Shown here: positions 29,911-38,789 of the stretch, piece by piece | Numbering within the stretch: the first letter of the stretch is position 1 | Layout: every line of letters begins with the position of its first letter | Assembly (NCBI GenBank): GCA_021850485.1 | Contig: JAJZLY010000007.1 | Span: 26,973 to 90,972, forward strand | Length of the DNA: 64,000 bases | From: Bacillota bacterium | GTDB lineage: Bacteria; Bacillota; Sulfobacillia; JAJZYS01; JAJZLH01 | Direction of reading: 5' to 3' | Translations under genes and position numbers: made by a program | The notes under the pieces: model-generated | Told to the model about the DNA's origin: nothing | The model's database searches: none | What the model saw: only the letters and a program-made list of their open reading frames with translations

Positions 29911-30266
29911 TGGTGGAGGCGCGGGGGAACTGCCCCCCCGGTCCGTACAACCGCTTCACGTGGGCTCTACGAGTGTGTCTCCAGGATCTTGTCTCGCCTC
30001 AGAGCCGTCCCCGGAGCCGGACATTGGCCCTGCTGCCAGCCGCTGCATGTCTTAGCCGAAAAGCCAGAGGCGCACTTTACGGAGCACCCCGCCTCATTCG
30101 TCGTGCATCGGCCGGCAGGGGCACCGATGCTGACGTCACTGCCTTATTTAGGCAGCGAGAGCGTAACTGTTATTGGCAGTTGTCTTTGTTCCCGCTGTTT
30201 TACGAGGCACGGGACCTCGGCTCGCTCCCCCATGCATCAGCCGTACGTCGAACCTAATTCGCCCCC
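29911..30266 (-). ncRNA. ssrA: tmRNA, tag peptide (A)ANNSYALAA
   Basis: 5' GGGGGCG..GGTTCGAC, 3' CGCCTCCACCA with a G3.U pair. Tag reading frame GCC AAT AAC AGT TAC GCT CTC GCT GCC TAA at 30177-30148. Lies directly downstream of smpB. Confidence 0.96.
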
Positions 30267-30286
30267 AAACCTCCTTCACCAGCACC

Positions 30287-30751
30287 CTACCTCGGGCGCT
30301 TCATCGCCCGCTGGATCGAACGCTCGGCGTCGCGCTCGGCGATCGCCCTGCGCTTATCATAAGCCTTCTTGCCCTGGCCGAGAGCGATCTCCAACTTGGC
30401 CAGCCCGAACCGGTTGAAGTACAGCCGGATCGGCACCAGGGTCATACCCTGGCGGCCCACTGCCACCTGCAGGTCGCGCAGTTCGCGCTTATGCAGGAGC
30501 AATTTGCGGGTGCGGGTGGGGTCGTGATTGAACAACCCAGCCCGCTCATACGGAGCGATGTGCGCCCCCAGCAAAAATGCCTCACCGTCTTTGAGGATGG
30601 CGTAGGCCTCTTGCAGTTGCGCCTTGCCTTGGCGCAGGGATTTCACTTCGCTGCCGGTCAACGCCATGCCGGCCTCGTAGTGCTCACCGAGGTGGTAGTC
30701 GAAGCGGGCGCGCCGATTCTCGGCCACCTGGCCGGACTGCCGCTGCGCCAT
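30287..30751 (-). CDS. smpB: SsrA-binding protein
   Basis: NRRARFDY, EAGMALTGSEVKSLR, RKLLLHKRE, GKKAYDKR. Confidence 0.97.
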   Translation of the reverse strand: MAQRQSGQVAENRRARFDYHLGEHYEAGMALTGSEVKSLRQGKAQLQEAYAILKDGEAFLLGAHIAPYERAGLFNHDPTRTRKLLLHKRELRDLQVAVGRQGMTLVPIRLYFNRFGLAKLEIALGQGKKAYDKRRAIAERDAERSIQRAMKRPR

Positions 30752-30837
30752 CTGCTCACCCCATCTTCAGGAATTCGGACCAACAAAACGGGGCCCCGGC
30801 TGTGCCGGCGCCCCCAGGACTCGGCTCAAGGCGATGC

Positions 30838-31074
30838 CTAGGTCCAGAGGCGGGCCAAAATGTAGGTAAGGGCCACAAACACCACGGCCAGGATACCGGT
30901 CAGTCGGCCGAGCGCCTCGTCCAGACCTTTTTGTTGCCCAAAGAAGAATTCGGCGCCGCCGGCGCCCGCTCCGGTGAATCCCGAAAAACCGGCGCCCCGG
31001 CCGGACTGCAACAAAATGGTGATGACCACGGCCAAACCGACCACAATCTGAGCTGCTAGCAAAATAGTGTTCAG
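30838..31074 (-). CDS. secG: Preprotein translocase subunit SecG
   Basis: Two TMs, ILLQSGRGAGFSG..FFG..KGLD, between eno and smpB. Start is either CTG 31074 or TTG 31062. Confidence 0.9.
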   Translation of the reverse strand: MNTILLAAQIVVGLAVVITILLQSGRGAGFSGFTGAGAGGAEFFFGQQKGLDEALGRLTGILAVVFVALTYILARLWT

Positions 31075-31113
31075 ACCATCCCCCGCCCTTCGCGGCTGAT
31101 CGTATCACCAGCC

Positions 31114-32379
31114 CTAGCCGAACACAAGCCGCCCGGCGTATGCGAGATCAGGTGCCTGCTCAGCGATTCTCAGGAGCCGGTTGTACTTGGCCAGGCGTTC
31201 TTGGCGACAAGGGGCGCCGGTTTTGATCTGTCCAGCGCCGGTGGCCACGGTGAGGTCGGCGATAAACGTGTCCTCGGTGTCCCCGGAACGATGCGAAACC
31301 ACCGACCGATAACCCAGCTGACGGGCGGCGGTGATCGTGCTCATCGTTTCGCTGAGCGTGCCCACCTGGTTCGGTTTGATCAAGATGGCATTGGCGATGT
31401 GGTCCTGCGCGCCTTGGCGCAGGCGCTCGGCATTGGTCACGAAGTTGTCGTCGCCAATCAGCTGCAGCTGGGATCCGAGCTCAGCCGTGACCGCCTGCCA
31501 TCCCAAGGTGTCGTCCTCATCCATCGGGTCTTCGATCGACACCAAGGGGAAGCGGCGGCTCCAGGTGGCATACTGCCCAATCAGAGCCTTGGCGCTGATC
31601 GTCGATCCACTCAGGCGATAGCCGTCGGCTTGGCGCATCTCGCTGGCCGCCGGATCAAGGGCCAAGGACACCTGGTCACCGGGCTGGAAGCCCGCCCGCT
31701 CCACAGCCTGTAACAGCAGCTGCAACGCTTCCTCGTCATCGGACAGATCCGGCGCAAACCCACCCTCGTCGCCAACGGCGGTGCGCTGGCCAATCAGCAT
31801 CAGTTCGCGGCGCAACGCCTGGTAGACCTCCACGCCGGCGGCCAGGGCCTCCTGAAAGCTATCAAAGCCATGGGGGACGATCAGGAATTCTTGGATCTCC
31901 AGGCGGTTGTCGGCGTGGCGGCCGCCATTGAGCACATTGAGCAGCGGCACCGGCAGCGACATCTCCTGATCGGCTTTGGCCAGATAACGGTGCAACGGCA
32001 GGTGGTGGGAGTGGGCGGCCGCCCTGGCCACGGCCAAACTCGCCCCCAGGACGGCGTTTGCCCCAAGCCGGCTCTTATTCGGGGTCCCGTCCAGCTCGAT
32101 CAGGCAACGATCGACCGCCTGCTGATCGTCCGCCTCCAAGTTGCGCAGGGCGGCGCAGATCTCGCCGTCAACATTGGCCAGGGCGTGTCGAACGCCCTTT
32201 CCGCCAAAGGCCTTACCACCGTCGCGCAGTTCTACCGCCTCGTAGCGACCGGTCGAAGCCCCAGAGGGCACGGCGGCTCGGCCGGTGGTCCCGTCTTGCA
32301 GCACCACGTCGACCTCAATGGTCGGATTGCCTCTAGAGTCGTAGATCTGACGGCCGTGAACCTGTTGAATTTTCGCCAC
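31114..32379 (-). CDS. eno: Enolase
   Basis: DSRGNPT, VPSGASTG, GANA, QEF, GDEGGFAP, KPNQVG, SHRSG. Confidence 0.97.
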   Translation of the reverse strand: MAKIQQVHGRQIYDSRGNPTIEVDVVLQDGTTGRAAVPSGASTGRYEAVELRDGGKAFGGKGVRHALANVDGEICAALRNLEADDQQAVDRCLIELDGTPNKSRLGANAVLGASLAVARAAAHSHHLPLHRYLAKADQEMSLPVPLLNVLNGGRHADNRLEIQEFLIVPHGFDSFQEALAAGVEVYQALRRELMLIGQRTAVGDEGGFAPDLSDDEEALQLLLQAVERAGFQPGDQVSLALDPAASEMRQADGYRLSGSTISAKALIGQYATWSRRFPLVSIEDPMDEDDTLGWQAVTAELGSQLQLIGDDNFVTNAERLRQGAQDHIANAILIKPNQVGTLSETMSTITAARQLGYRSVVSHRSGDTEDTFIADLTVATGAGQIKTGAPCRQERLAKYNRLLRIAEQAPDLAYAGRLVFG

Positions 32380-32392
32380 CGAATCAGCCTCC

Positions 32393-33874
32393 TCAGGAGT
32401 TGGGCGAAGAGAGCAGGGAGCGGCCGGTCATGACGTCTGGCTTGGGCAGGCCCAACAGTTCGAGCACGGTTGGGGCCACATCTTGGAGCTGACCCGGATG
32501 CAGCGTCGCCTGGGGCATGCCGATCAATACGGCTGGTACCAAATTGGCCGTGTGCGCTGTGTGTGGGCCACCGGTTTGCGGATCGATCATCATCTCGACA
32601 TTCCCATGGTCGGCGATCACCAGTGCGACGCCTCGTTGCTGTGCGACTGCGGCCAGCAGCCGACCCAGCTCGCGGTCCACCGCCTCCACCGCCAAGATGG
32701 CGGCACCAATGTTCCCGGTGTGGCCGACCATATCCGGGTTGGCGTAGTTCAGCACCAGCAGGTCCGCTCCTTCCTGGAGTGCCGCGACCCCGGCGTCAGT
32801 CACCGCCGGCGCTGACATCTCCGGCTGCAGATCGTAGGTGCTTACCCTCGGCGATGGCACCACCTGGCGCACTTCGCCCAAGAACGCATCCTCTCGCCCA
32901 CCGTCCAGAAAGTAGGTGACATGAGCGTACTTCTCGGTCTCCGCCACCCTGGCCTGGCGAAGCCCGGCAGCACTGACCTCCTGCCCCAAGGTATGGTCCA
33001 GTCCTGGGTTCGAAAAGACCGACGTGGCTCGCAGCTCCTGCTCCTCATAACGGGTCAGCGTGGTGAGGTCGAAGGTGCCGAGCGGCCGCGAAAAGTGCAA
33101 GAACTCGGCGTCGGTGAGGGCATGGCTCATCTCTCTGGCCCGGTCTGCCCGGAAATTCACGAACAAGAACTGATCGCCGGGCTTTGCCCCCTGGTATTCT
33201 CCGACTGCAACCGGCTCGATGAACTCGTCGGTCAACCCGGCGCCATAGCTTTCCTCGAGTGCTTCCTGCCAGGTGCTGCGGCGCTCGCCCAGGCCGTCGA
33301 CGATCGTCCTGTAGGCGCGTTCGATGCGCGGCCAGCGGTGGTCGCGATCCATGGCGTAATAGCGCCCGCCCAGGGTGGCGACTTGAAAGTCCGGCCAGTT
33401 GACGGCCCCCTGCAGATCGGTGGCAGCAGCGTCTGGGGCCACATCTCGGCCGTCCGTGAACAGGTGGTAAAAGGTCTCACCACGGCCCGCCCGACCCTCG
33501 ACAATCGCTTGCCAGTGGCGCAGGGTGCTGTGCACGCCACCGTCTGAGAACAAGCCCATGACATGGAGCCGCGGCGCCCTCAGCACTTCAACTAGCCCCG
33601 GCAGGCCCAGAAAGCTGCCGTCAGCGATGGCCAAATCGATGCGGCGCACGTCAGACATGATCACCCGGCCAGCACCAATATGCATGTGTCCGACGTTGGA
33701 GTTGCCAGCTTGACCAAGCGGCAGCCCCACCGCCACACCGGAGGCTTCCAGGGTGGTCCTGGGCATCGTACTGAGGCTGTCCCAGACTGGCAGGTGGGCC
33801 AAGGATATGGCGTTTCCCGGGTCAGGCTCAGCGATGCCCCAGCCGTCTAGCACGATCAGTGCCACCGGTCTCAT
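32393..33874 (-). CDS. gpmI: 2,3-BPG-independent phosphoglycerate mutase
   Basis: LDGWG, SDGGVHS, GRYYAMDRD, NFRADRA, AETEKYAHVT, NPDMVGHTG, ADHGN. Confidence 0.96.
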   Translation of the reverse strand: MRPVALIVLDGWGIAEPDPGNAISLAHLPVWDSLSTMPRTTLEASGVAVGLPLGQAGNSNVGHMHIGAGRVIMSDVRRIDLAIADGSFLGLPGLVEVLRAPRLHVMGLFSDGGVHSTLRHWQAIVEGRAGRGETFYHLFTDGRDVAPDAAATDLQGAVNWPDFQVATLGGRYYAMDRDHRWPRIERAYRTIVDGLGERRSTWQEALEESYGAGLTDEFIEPVAVGEYQGAKPGDQFLFVNFRADRAREMSHALTDAEFLHFSRPLGTFDLTTLTRYEEQELRATSVFSNPGLDHTLGQEVSAAGLRQARVAETEKYAHVTYFLDGGREDAFLGEVRQVVPSPRVSTYDLQPEMSAPAVTDAGVAALQEGADLLVLNYANPDMVGHTGNIGAAILAVEAVDRELGRLLAAVAQQRGVALVIADHGNVEMMIDPQTGGPHTAHTANLVPAVLIGMPQATLHPGQLQDVAPTVLELLGLPKPDVMTGRSLLSSPNS

Positions 33875-34626
33875 GGTGCCAGCGCCCCTGCCACCTCTGC
33901 CATCAGCGTACAGAACACCTCGGCATCGAGGCTTCCGGAACCGACCAAGACCCCATCCAGGTGGGCCGTGGTCACAAAACCGCTGATGTTCTCTTGAACC
34001 ACCGAACCTCCGTACACGATCGGCAACTCGATGCCAGTGCCATACAGCCGATGCACCACCTGGCGGATGATCTCCGCCGCCCGCTCAGCCTCCACCACCG
34101 TGGCCGACCGACCGGTGCCAATGGCCCACACCGGCTCGTAGGCCATCACGATGCGGGCCACCTGCTCTGCCTCAAGCCCCTTCAGGGCGACACCCATCTG
34201 GCGCTGGATGGCGCCGTGATAGTCCGCCCGCTCGTAGTCCTCGATCTGCTCACCGACACACAGCAGGGGAACCAACCCGGCGTCCAGGGCAGCTCTAAGC
34301 CGCATCCCCACCTCGCGGTCGGTTTCGCCGAAGATCTGGCGCCGCTCGGAATGGCCGACCAGGACGTAGCGGCAGCCTGCGGCGACCAGCATCTGGGGCG
34401 AGATTTCGCCGGTATAGGCTCCTGCCGACTCGTAGAACAGATTCTGCCCACCCAGTTGAAGCGGCCGGCCGGCAACGGTCTGGCGGACCGCGGTCAGGGC
34501 GGTGGCCGGCGGAAAGGCCACCGCTTCGATGCCTTGGGGCAGGCGCTGGCACACGGCCTCGGTCCAGGCCACGGCTTCGGCCTCGCCCTTATACATCTTC
34601 CAGTTAGCGGCCACCATCGGGGTCAT
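33871..34626 (-). CDS. tpiA: Triosephosphate isomerase
   Basis: ANWKM, GAYTGE, GHSERR, AYEPVWAIGTG, YGGSV. ATG at 34626. Confidence 0.97.
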   Translation of the reverse strand: MTPMVAANWKMYKGEAEAVAWTEAVCQRLPQGIEAVAFPPATALTAVRQTVAGRPLQLGGQNLFYESAGAYTGEISPQMLVAAGCRYVLVGHSERRQIFGETDREVGMRLRAALDAGLVPLLCVGEQIEDYERADYHGAIQRQMGVALKGLEAEQVARIVMAYEPVWAIGTGRSATVVEAERAAEIIRQVVHRLYGTGIELPIVYGGSVVQENISGFVTTAHLDGVLVGSGSLDAEVFCTLMAEVAGALAP

Positions 34627-34630
34627 GACG

Positions 34631-35794
34631 TCACCTTTCTTCCAGTGCTTGCAATCCGGGCAAGATCTCGCCCTCCAGATAGGTGAGCGAGGCGCCGCCG
34701 CCCGTCGACAGATGGCTGACCGCGCCTTCCAGGCCCAGCCGTCGGATGGCGGCCAGGGAGTCACCGCCGCCCACCACCGACATGCCCGTCATCTCGCCTA
34801 TTGTTCGGGCGAGCGTAGCCGTCCCATGGTCGAACGGAGGGCGCTCGTACAAACCCATCGGGCCGTTCCAAAACAGTCGGCCCAGCCCCAGCACGATTGG
34901 CCGCCAGGCCTGGAGCGTTCGCTCTCCCACATCCATGATCCTGGCATCTGCCGAAACCTCCGTCACCGCAACCTCATCTACCTGGCCAGCTGCCTCCACC
35001 ACCACGGTGTCGGGGAGGTGAATCACCTCTGGCCAAGACTCGAGCAACGCGGCAGCGCTGTCCAACTCAGCAGGCTCGTACAGGCTTGACCCCACGGCCA
35101 GGCCGCTGGCGGCTAAGAACGTGTTGGCCAAGGCGCCGCCGAGGAAGACGGTGTTGACCTCCGGCAGCAGTCGACGCAACAGGGGCAGCTTGTCTTTCAT
35201 CTTGGCGCCGCCGACGGCCAGTCCAAAGGGGCGGCGAGGATCGCTCAGAAGCAGATCCAGAGCCCGCACCTCTGCCGCCACCAGCGGGCCAGCGCAAGCA
35301 GGCAGCAGGCGCGTGATAGCGACCGTGGAGGCGTGGGCGCGGTGCAAGGTGCCGAAGGCATCTTGCACGAAGCCGTCGTGGCCAAAGGCCAGGCGAATCG
35401 CGAAATCCGGGTCATTGGTCTCCTCGCCGGGATCAAATCGCAAGTTCTCGGCCAACAAGACGGCACCCGGGTCGGCACTCACCGCCTGGCGGTAGGTCGA
35501 GTCACCGGGGACCCCAGGGACGAAGGTGACCGGCTGGCCCAGGTGGCGGCTCACGACCTCTGCGAGTGGCTGAAGGCTGAAGGCACCATGGGGCCGCCCG
35601 GCGGGCCGGCCCAGGTGAGAGATCAAGGTGATGCCGACCTTGCGCTCGAGCAGGGCCCGCACGGTCGGGAGGGCCGCCTGGATGCGAAAGTCATCGGCCA
35701 CCTGGCCATCGGTCAGGGGCACATTGAAGTCCACTCGCACCAATACCCGGCGCATGGCTGCAGGAAGTTGCTCCAGGCTGGGAAGTTGCCTCAC
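34631..35794 (-). CDS. pgk: Phosphoglycerate kinase
   Basis: RVDFNVP, SHLGRP, ENLRF, DAFGTLHRAHAS, WNGPMG, GGGDS, STGGGASL. GTG overlaps the gap stop. Confidence 0.97.
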   Translation of the reverse strand: MRQLPSLEQLPAAMRRVLVRVDFNVPLTDGQVADDFRIQAALPTVRALLERKVGITLISHLGRPAGRPHGAFSLQPLAEVVSRHLGQPVTFVPGVPGDSTYRQAVSADPGAVLLAENLRFDPGEETNDPDFAIRLAFGHDGFVQDAFGTLHRAHASTVAITRLLPACAGPLVAAEVRALDLLLSDPRRPFGLAVGGAKMKDKLPLLRRLLPEVNTVFLGGALANTFLAASGLAVGSSLYEPAELDSAAALLESWPEVIHLPDTVVVEAAGQVDEVAVTEVSADARIMDVGERTLQAWRPIVLGLGRLFWNGPMGLYERPPFDHGTATLARTIGEMTGMSVVGGGDSLAAIRRLGLEGAVSHLSTGGGASLTYLEGEILPGLQALEER

Positions 35795-36804
35795 AGCAGC
35801 CCGTCTGCGTGGGCGGCCAGGTCGATCAGACGCTGGGCGTACGCCCACTCGTTGTCGTACCAGGCGAACACCTTGACCATCGTCCCAACGGTCAGGGTCA
35901 AGGCCGAGTCGACCACCGCTGAGTGTGGGTTTTGCCGAAAATCGATTGATACCAAGGGTTCGTCCTCCACCGCCAACACGCCGGCCAAGTCATCTGCCGC
36001 CGCCGACCGGAAAGCGGCATTGATCTCTGCGGCGGAGACGGCTTGGCGCAGCTCTGCGGTCAGATCGATGATCGACACCGACGGCGTTGGTACCCGCAGG
36101 GAAAGGCCGGTCACCCGTCCGGCCAGCTCCGGCAACACCCGTGCCACCGCCAAGGCCGCACCGGTGGAGGTCGGGATGATGCTCTCCGGAGCCGCCCGCG
36201 CTCTGCGTAGGTCGCGGTGGCTGCCATCGACCAGGGCCTGGTCGCGGGTGTAGCTGTGCACCGTGGTGAGCAGCGCCCGCTCCACGCCGAAGGTGCGGTC
36301 CAACACGGCCAACACCGGTACCAGGGCGTTGGTGGTGCATGACCCGGCAGAGATCACGTGGTGGCTGGCAGGGGTGAACTGGCTGTGATTGACGCCATAG
36401 ACCACCATCAGATCATCGTCTTTGGCGGGCGCCGAAATGATCACCAGTTTGGCACCGGCCGCCAGGTGGCCGGCTGCCTCGGCGCGTTTACGAAACTTCG
36501 GCGTGCACTCCAAGACGATAGCCACATCTTCGCTGCGCCAGGGAATGCGACTGGGATCGAGTTCCGAACTGACCGGCACCCGGACGCCGTCGACGACTAG
36601 GGCGTGCTCTTCTGCCAGTACACTTCCCGGGTAGCGGCCATAGGTGGAATCGTGCGCCAGCAGGTGAGCCATCATGGCTGGCGGCTGGGTGTGATTTACC
36701 GCCAGGCGCTGGCGCCACTTGGGGTCTTGCAGGGCGATGCGCAACGCCCGCCTGCCAATGCTTCCAAAGCCGTTGATGCCGAGCCGATGGCTGACCACGG
36801 GCAT
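35791..36804 (-). CDS. gap: Type I glyceraldehyde-3-phosphate dehydrogenase (divergent)
   Basis: GINGFG, SCTTN, DLRRARAA, IIPTSTGAA, RVPTP, WYDNEW. First gene of the gap-pgk-tpi-gpm-eno operon. Confidence 0.93.
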   Translation of the reverse strand: MPVVSHRLGINGFGSIGRRALRIALQDPKWRQRLAVNHTQPPAMMAHLLAHDSTYGRYPGSVLAEEHALVVDGVRVPVSSELDPSRIPWRSEDVAIVLECTPKFRKRAEAAGHLAAGAKLVIISAPAKDDDLMVVYGVNHSQFTPASHHVISAGSCTTNALVPVLAVLDRTFGVERALLTTVHSYTRDQALVDGSHRDLRRARAAPESIIPTSTGAALAVARVLPELAGRVTGLSLRVPTPSVSIIDLTAELRQAVSAAEINAAFRSAAADDLAGVLAVEDEPLVSIDFRQNPHSAVVDSALTLTVGTMVKVFAWYDNEWAYAQRLIDLAAHADGLL

Positions 36805-36834
36805 GCCTCCCCAGTCTTGCAGGCGGACGGCTCT

Positions 36835-36840
36835 ATTATA
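36835..36840 (-). promoter_or_regulatory. Sigma-A-type -10 box for the gap operon
   Basis: TATAAT on the minus strand about 30 nt upstream of the gap ATG, followed by a GGGGAGG RBS. No clean -35 at 17-nt spacing. Confidence 0.5.
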
Positions 36841-36899
36841 GCCAAACGCCCACCGCTCAAGTGCTGGTGGACGAGTGGCCGCAGCGGTATTCGATGGTC

Positions 36900-38321
36900 T
36901 TAGATGTCGTAGTACAACTGAAACTCGTACGGCGTTGGTCTGAGCCCGACCGGGTGCACCTCGTGGCTCATCTTGTAGTCGATCCAGGCCTCGATCAAGT
37001 CGGCGCTGAACACGCCGCCGTGCAAGAGGAAGGCATGGTCCCGCTTCAACTCGGCCAATGCCTCTGCCAGAGAGCCTGGTACCGAGCGGATCTTCTTGCG
37101 GTCCCGGGCGCTCAGGTGGTAGATGTTCTTGTCGAGCGGGCCCATGCCCAATTTGCGCGGATCGATTTGATTGCGGATGCCATCCAGCCCGGCCATCAGC
37201 ATGGCGGCGAAGGCCAGGTACGGATTACCGGTGGAATCTGGCGTGCGAAATTCAATGCGGCTGCTCTTGGCGGATACGGCCGAAATGGGAATTCGCACCG
37301 CTGCCGAGCGGTTGCCTTTGGCGAACACCAGATCGGTCGGCGCTTCATACCCAGGCACCAGGCGGCGAAAGGAGTTGGTGGAGGCGTTGCACAGCCCCAC
37401 CAACGCCGGCGCGTGGCGCAAGATGCCGCCGATATAGAAGAGGGCGGTGTCACTCATCTGGCCGTAGCCCCTGTCGTCGAAGAAGAGCGGTGTCTTCCCC
37501 TTCCACAGGGACTGGTGGGTGTGCATGCCCGAGCCGTTGTCGCCGAACAATGGCTTGGGCATGAAGGTGGCACTGCGCCCGTTTTCCACGGCCGTGTTCT
37601 TGACCACGTACTTGAACGCAAGCACATTGTCTGCGGTCTTCACCAAGGTGTCATAGGCGAAGCCGATCTCGCTTTGGCCAGCGGTGGCCACCTCGTGGTG
37701 ATGGCGCTCGACCCGGATCCCGATCGCTTCCAGGTGGAGCACCATCTCGGAGCGCAGGTCGCTGAGGGCATCCAGTGGCGGCACTGGCGCATAGCCCTCT
37801 TTCGCTCTGATCCGGTACCCGGGCCGGCTGCTGGCGTCGCCGCTGGACCACTGGGATTCCTCGCCGTCCAGGGAGAAGAAACTGGCGTGCGGACTGTTGT
37901 CAAAGCGCACATCGTCGAAGACGAAGAACTCGAGCTCCGGTCCGAAATACGCCCGGTCGGCAATCCCTGAGGCCTGCAAAAAAGCCTCGGCTCGCTTGGC
38001 AACACCGCGTGGGTCCCGGCTGTATGGGCGCAGGGCCGGATCCAAAACGTCGGCCACCAGCGACAAGGTGGCGTGGCTGTGGAAGGGGTCGATAAAGGCG
38101 CTCTGCGGGTCTGGCATCAAGATCATGTCGGACTCTTCAATCTCCCGAAATCCACGCAACGAGGACCCGTCAAACGGCAGTCCGGCAGTGAAGCTACTGG
38201 CATCCAGCTCTCGGGCTGGCAAGGTGACATGGTGCCAGGATCCCGGCAGGTCCGTAAACTTGAGGTCGACAAACTCAATTTTGTCCCGGGCGATTGTCTC
38301 CAGTACTTCGGACGCGTTCAC
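36900..38321 (-). CDS. glnA: Glutamine synthetase type I (beta subtype)
   Basis: FDGSS, GPELEFF, HHEVATAGQSE, TFMPKP..GDNGSGMH, RLVPGYEAP, NRSA, IEFR. Contains the beta-type insert (FDDVRFD..QWSSG) and DKNIYHL. Confidence 0.97.
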   Translation of the reverse strand: MNASEVLETIARDKIEFVDLKFTDLPGSWHHVTLPARELDASSFTAGLPFDGSSLRGFREIEESDMILMPDPQSAFIDPFHSHATLSLVADVLDPALRPYSRDPRGVAKRAEAFLQASGIADRAYFGPELEFFVFDDVRFDNSPHASFFSLDGEESQWSSGDASSRPGYRIRAKEGYAPVPPLDALSDLRSEMVLHLEAIGIRVERHHHEVATAGQSEIGFAYDTLVKTADNVLAFKYVVKNTAVENGRSATFMPKPLFGDNGSGMHTHQSLWKGKTPLFFDDRGYGQMSDTALFYIGGILRHAPALVGLCNASTNSFRRLVPGYEAPTDLVFAKGNRSAAVRIPISAVSAKSSRIEFRTPDSTGNPYLAFAAMLMAGLDGIRNQIDPRKLGMGPLDKNIYHLSARDRKKIRSVPGSLAEALAELKRDHAFLLHGGVFSADLIEAWIDYKMSHEVHPVGLRPTPYEFQLYYDI

Positions 38322-38662
38322 GAATCGTCCCCCTCGTGTTGATGTTCGGCCACCAGTCGTTCCATCTCCGCCCGATCCAGCACCGGGTACAGGCTTCTCG
38401 GCAGCTGGACCTGCGGCCGCTTGCGCTCCTGCTGGTCCTCAGCCGGATCGCCGCTGAGGCGAAGCCGGGCAGCATCCAGGCCGAGCCCCTGCTGCAGGAG
38501 ATCGCGGACTTGGACCAACCGTCTGATGTCCTCCAGACGATATGCTCGCTGTCCGCCACCGGACCGCACAGGCGATACCAATCCATAGGCCTCATAGTGC
38601 CGGATCTGCCGGGCGCTGAGCCCAGTCCGCTCCATCGCTATCCGCATCGGGAACAGCGCCAT
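38318..38662 (-). CDS. glnR: MerR-family nitrogen regulator GlnR
   Basis: ALFPMRIAMERTGLSARQIRHYEAYGLVSPVRSGGGQRAY. Overlaps the glnA start, GGAGG RBS, GlnR box upstream. Confidence 0.88.
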   Translation of the reverse strand: MALFPMRIAMERTGLSARQIRHYEAYGLVSPVRSGGGQRAYRLEDIRRLVQVRDLLQQGLGLDAARLRLSGDPAEDQQERKRPQVQLPRSLYPVLDRAEMERLVAEHQHEGDDS

Positions 38663-38717
38663 GCTGTCACCTCCCTGGGCCAAAGCCTAGGGAGAAGAGC
38701 GACCCATGTCAATGTTG

Positions 38718-38734
38718 TGTTAGCTTTTTTAACA
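38718..38734. promoter_or_regulatory. GlnR/TnrA box
   Basis: Perfect TGTTA-N7-TAACA, with extra half-sites TGTCA (38707-38711) and TGACA (38751-38755). Confidence 0.85.
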
Positions 38735-38789
38735 TTATCCGCAATATTCCTGACATTGCCGTGCGGTGGTGTCAGATTTCTGTGATCGC

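Noticed and set aside
29872..29911. Prophage or island integrated at the ssrA 3' end
   Set aside because: panE follows within 40 nt, and there is no integrase or repeat.
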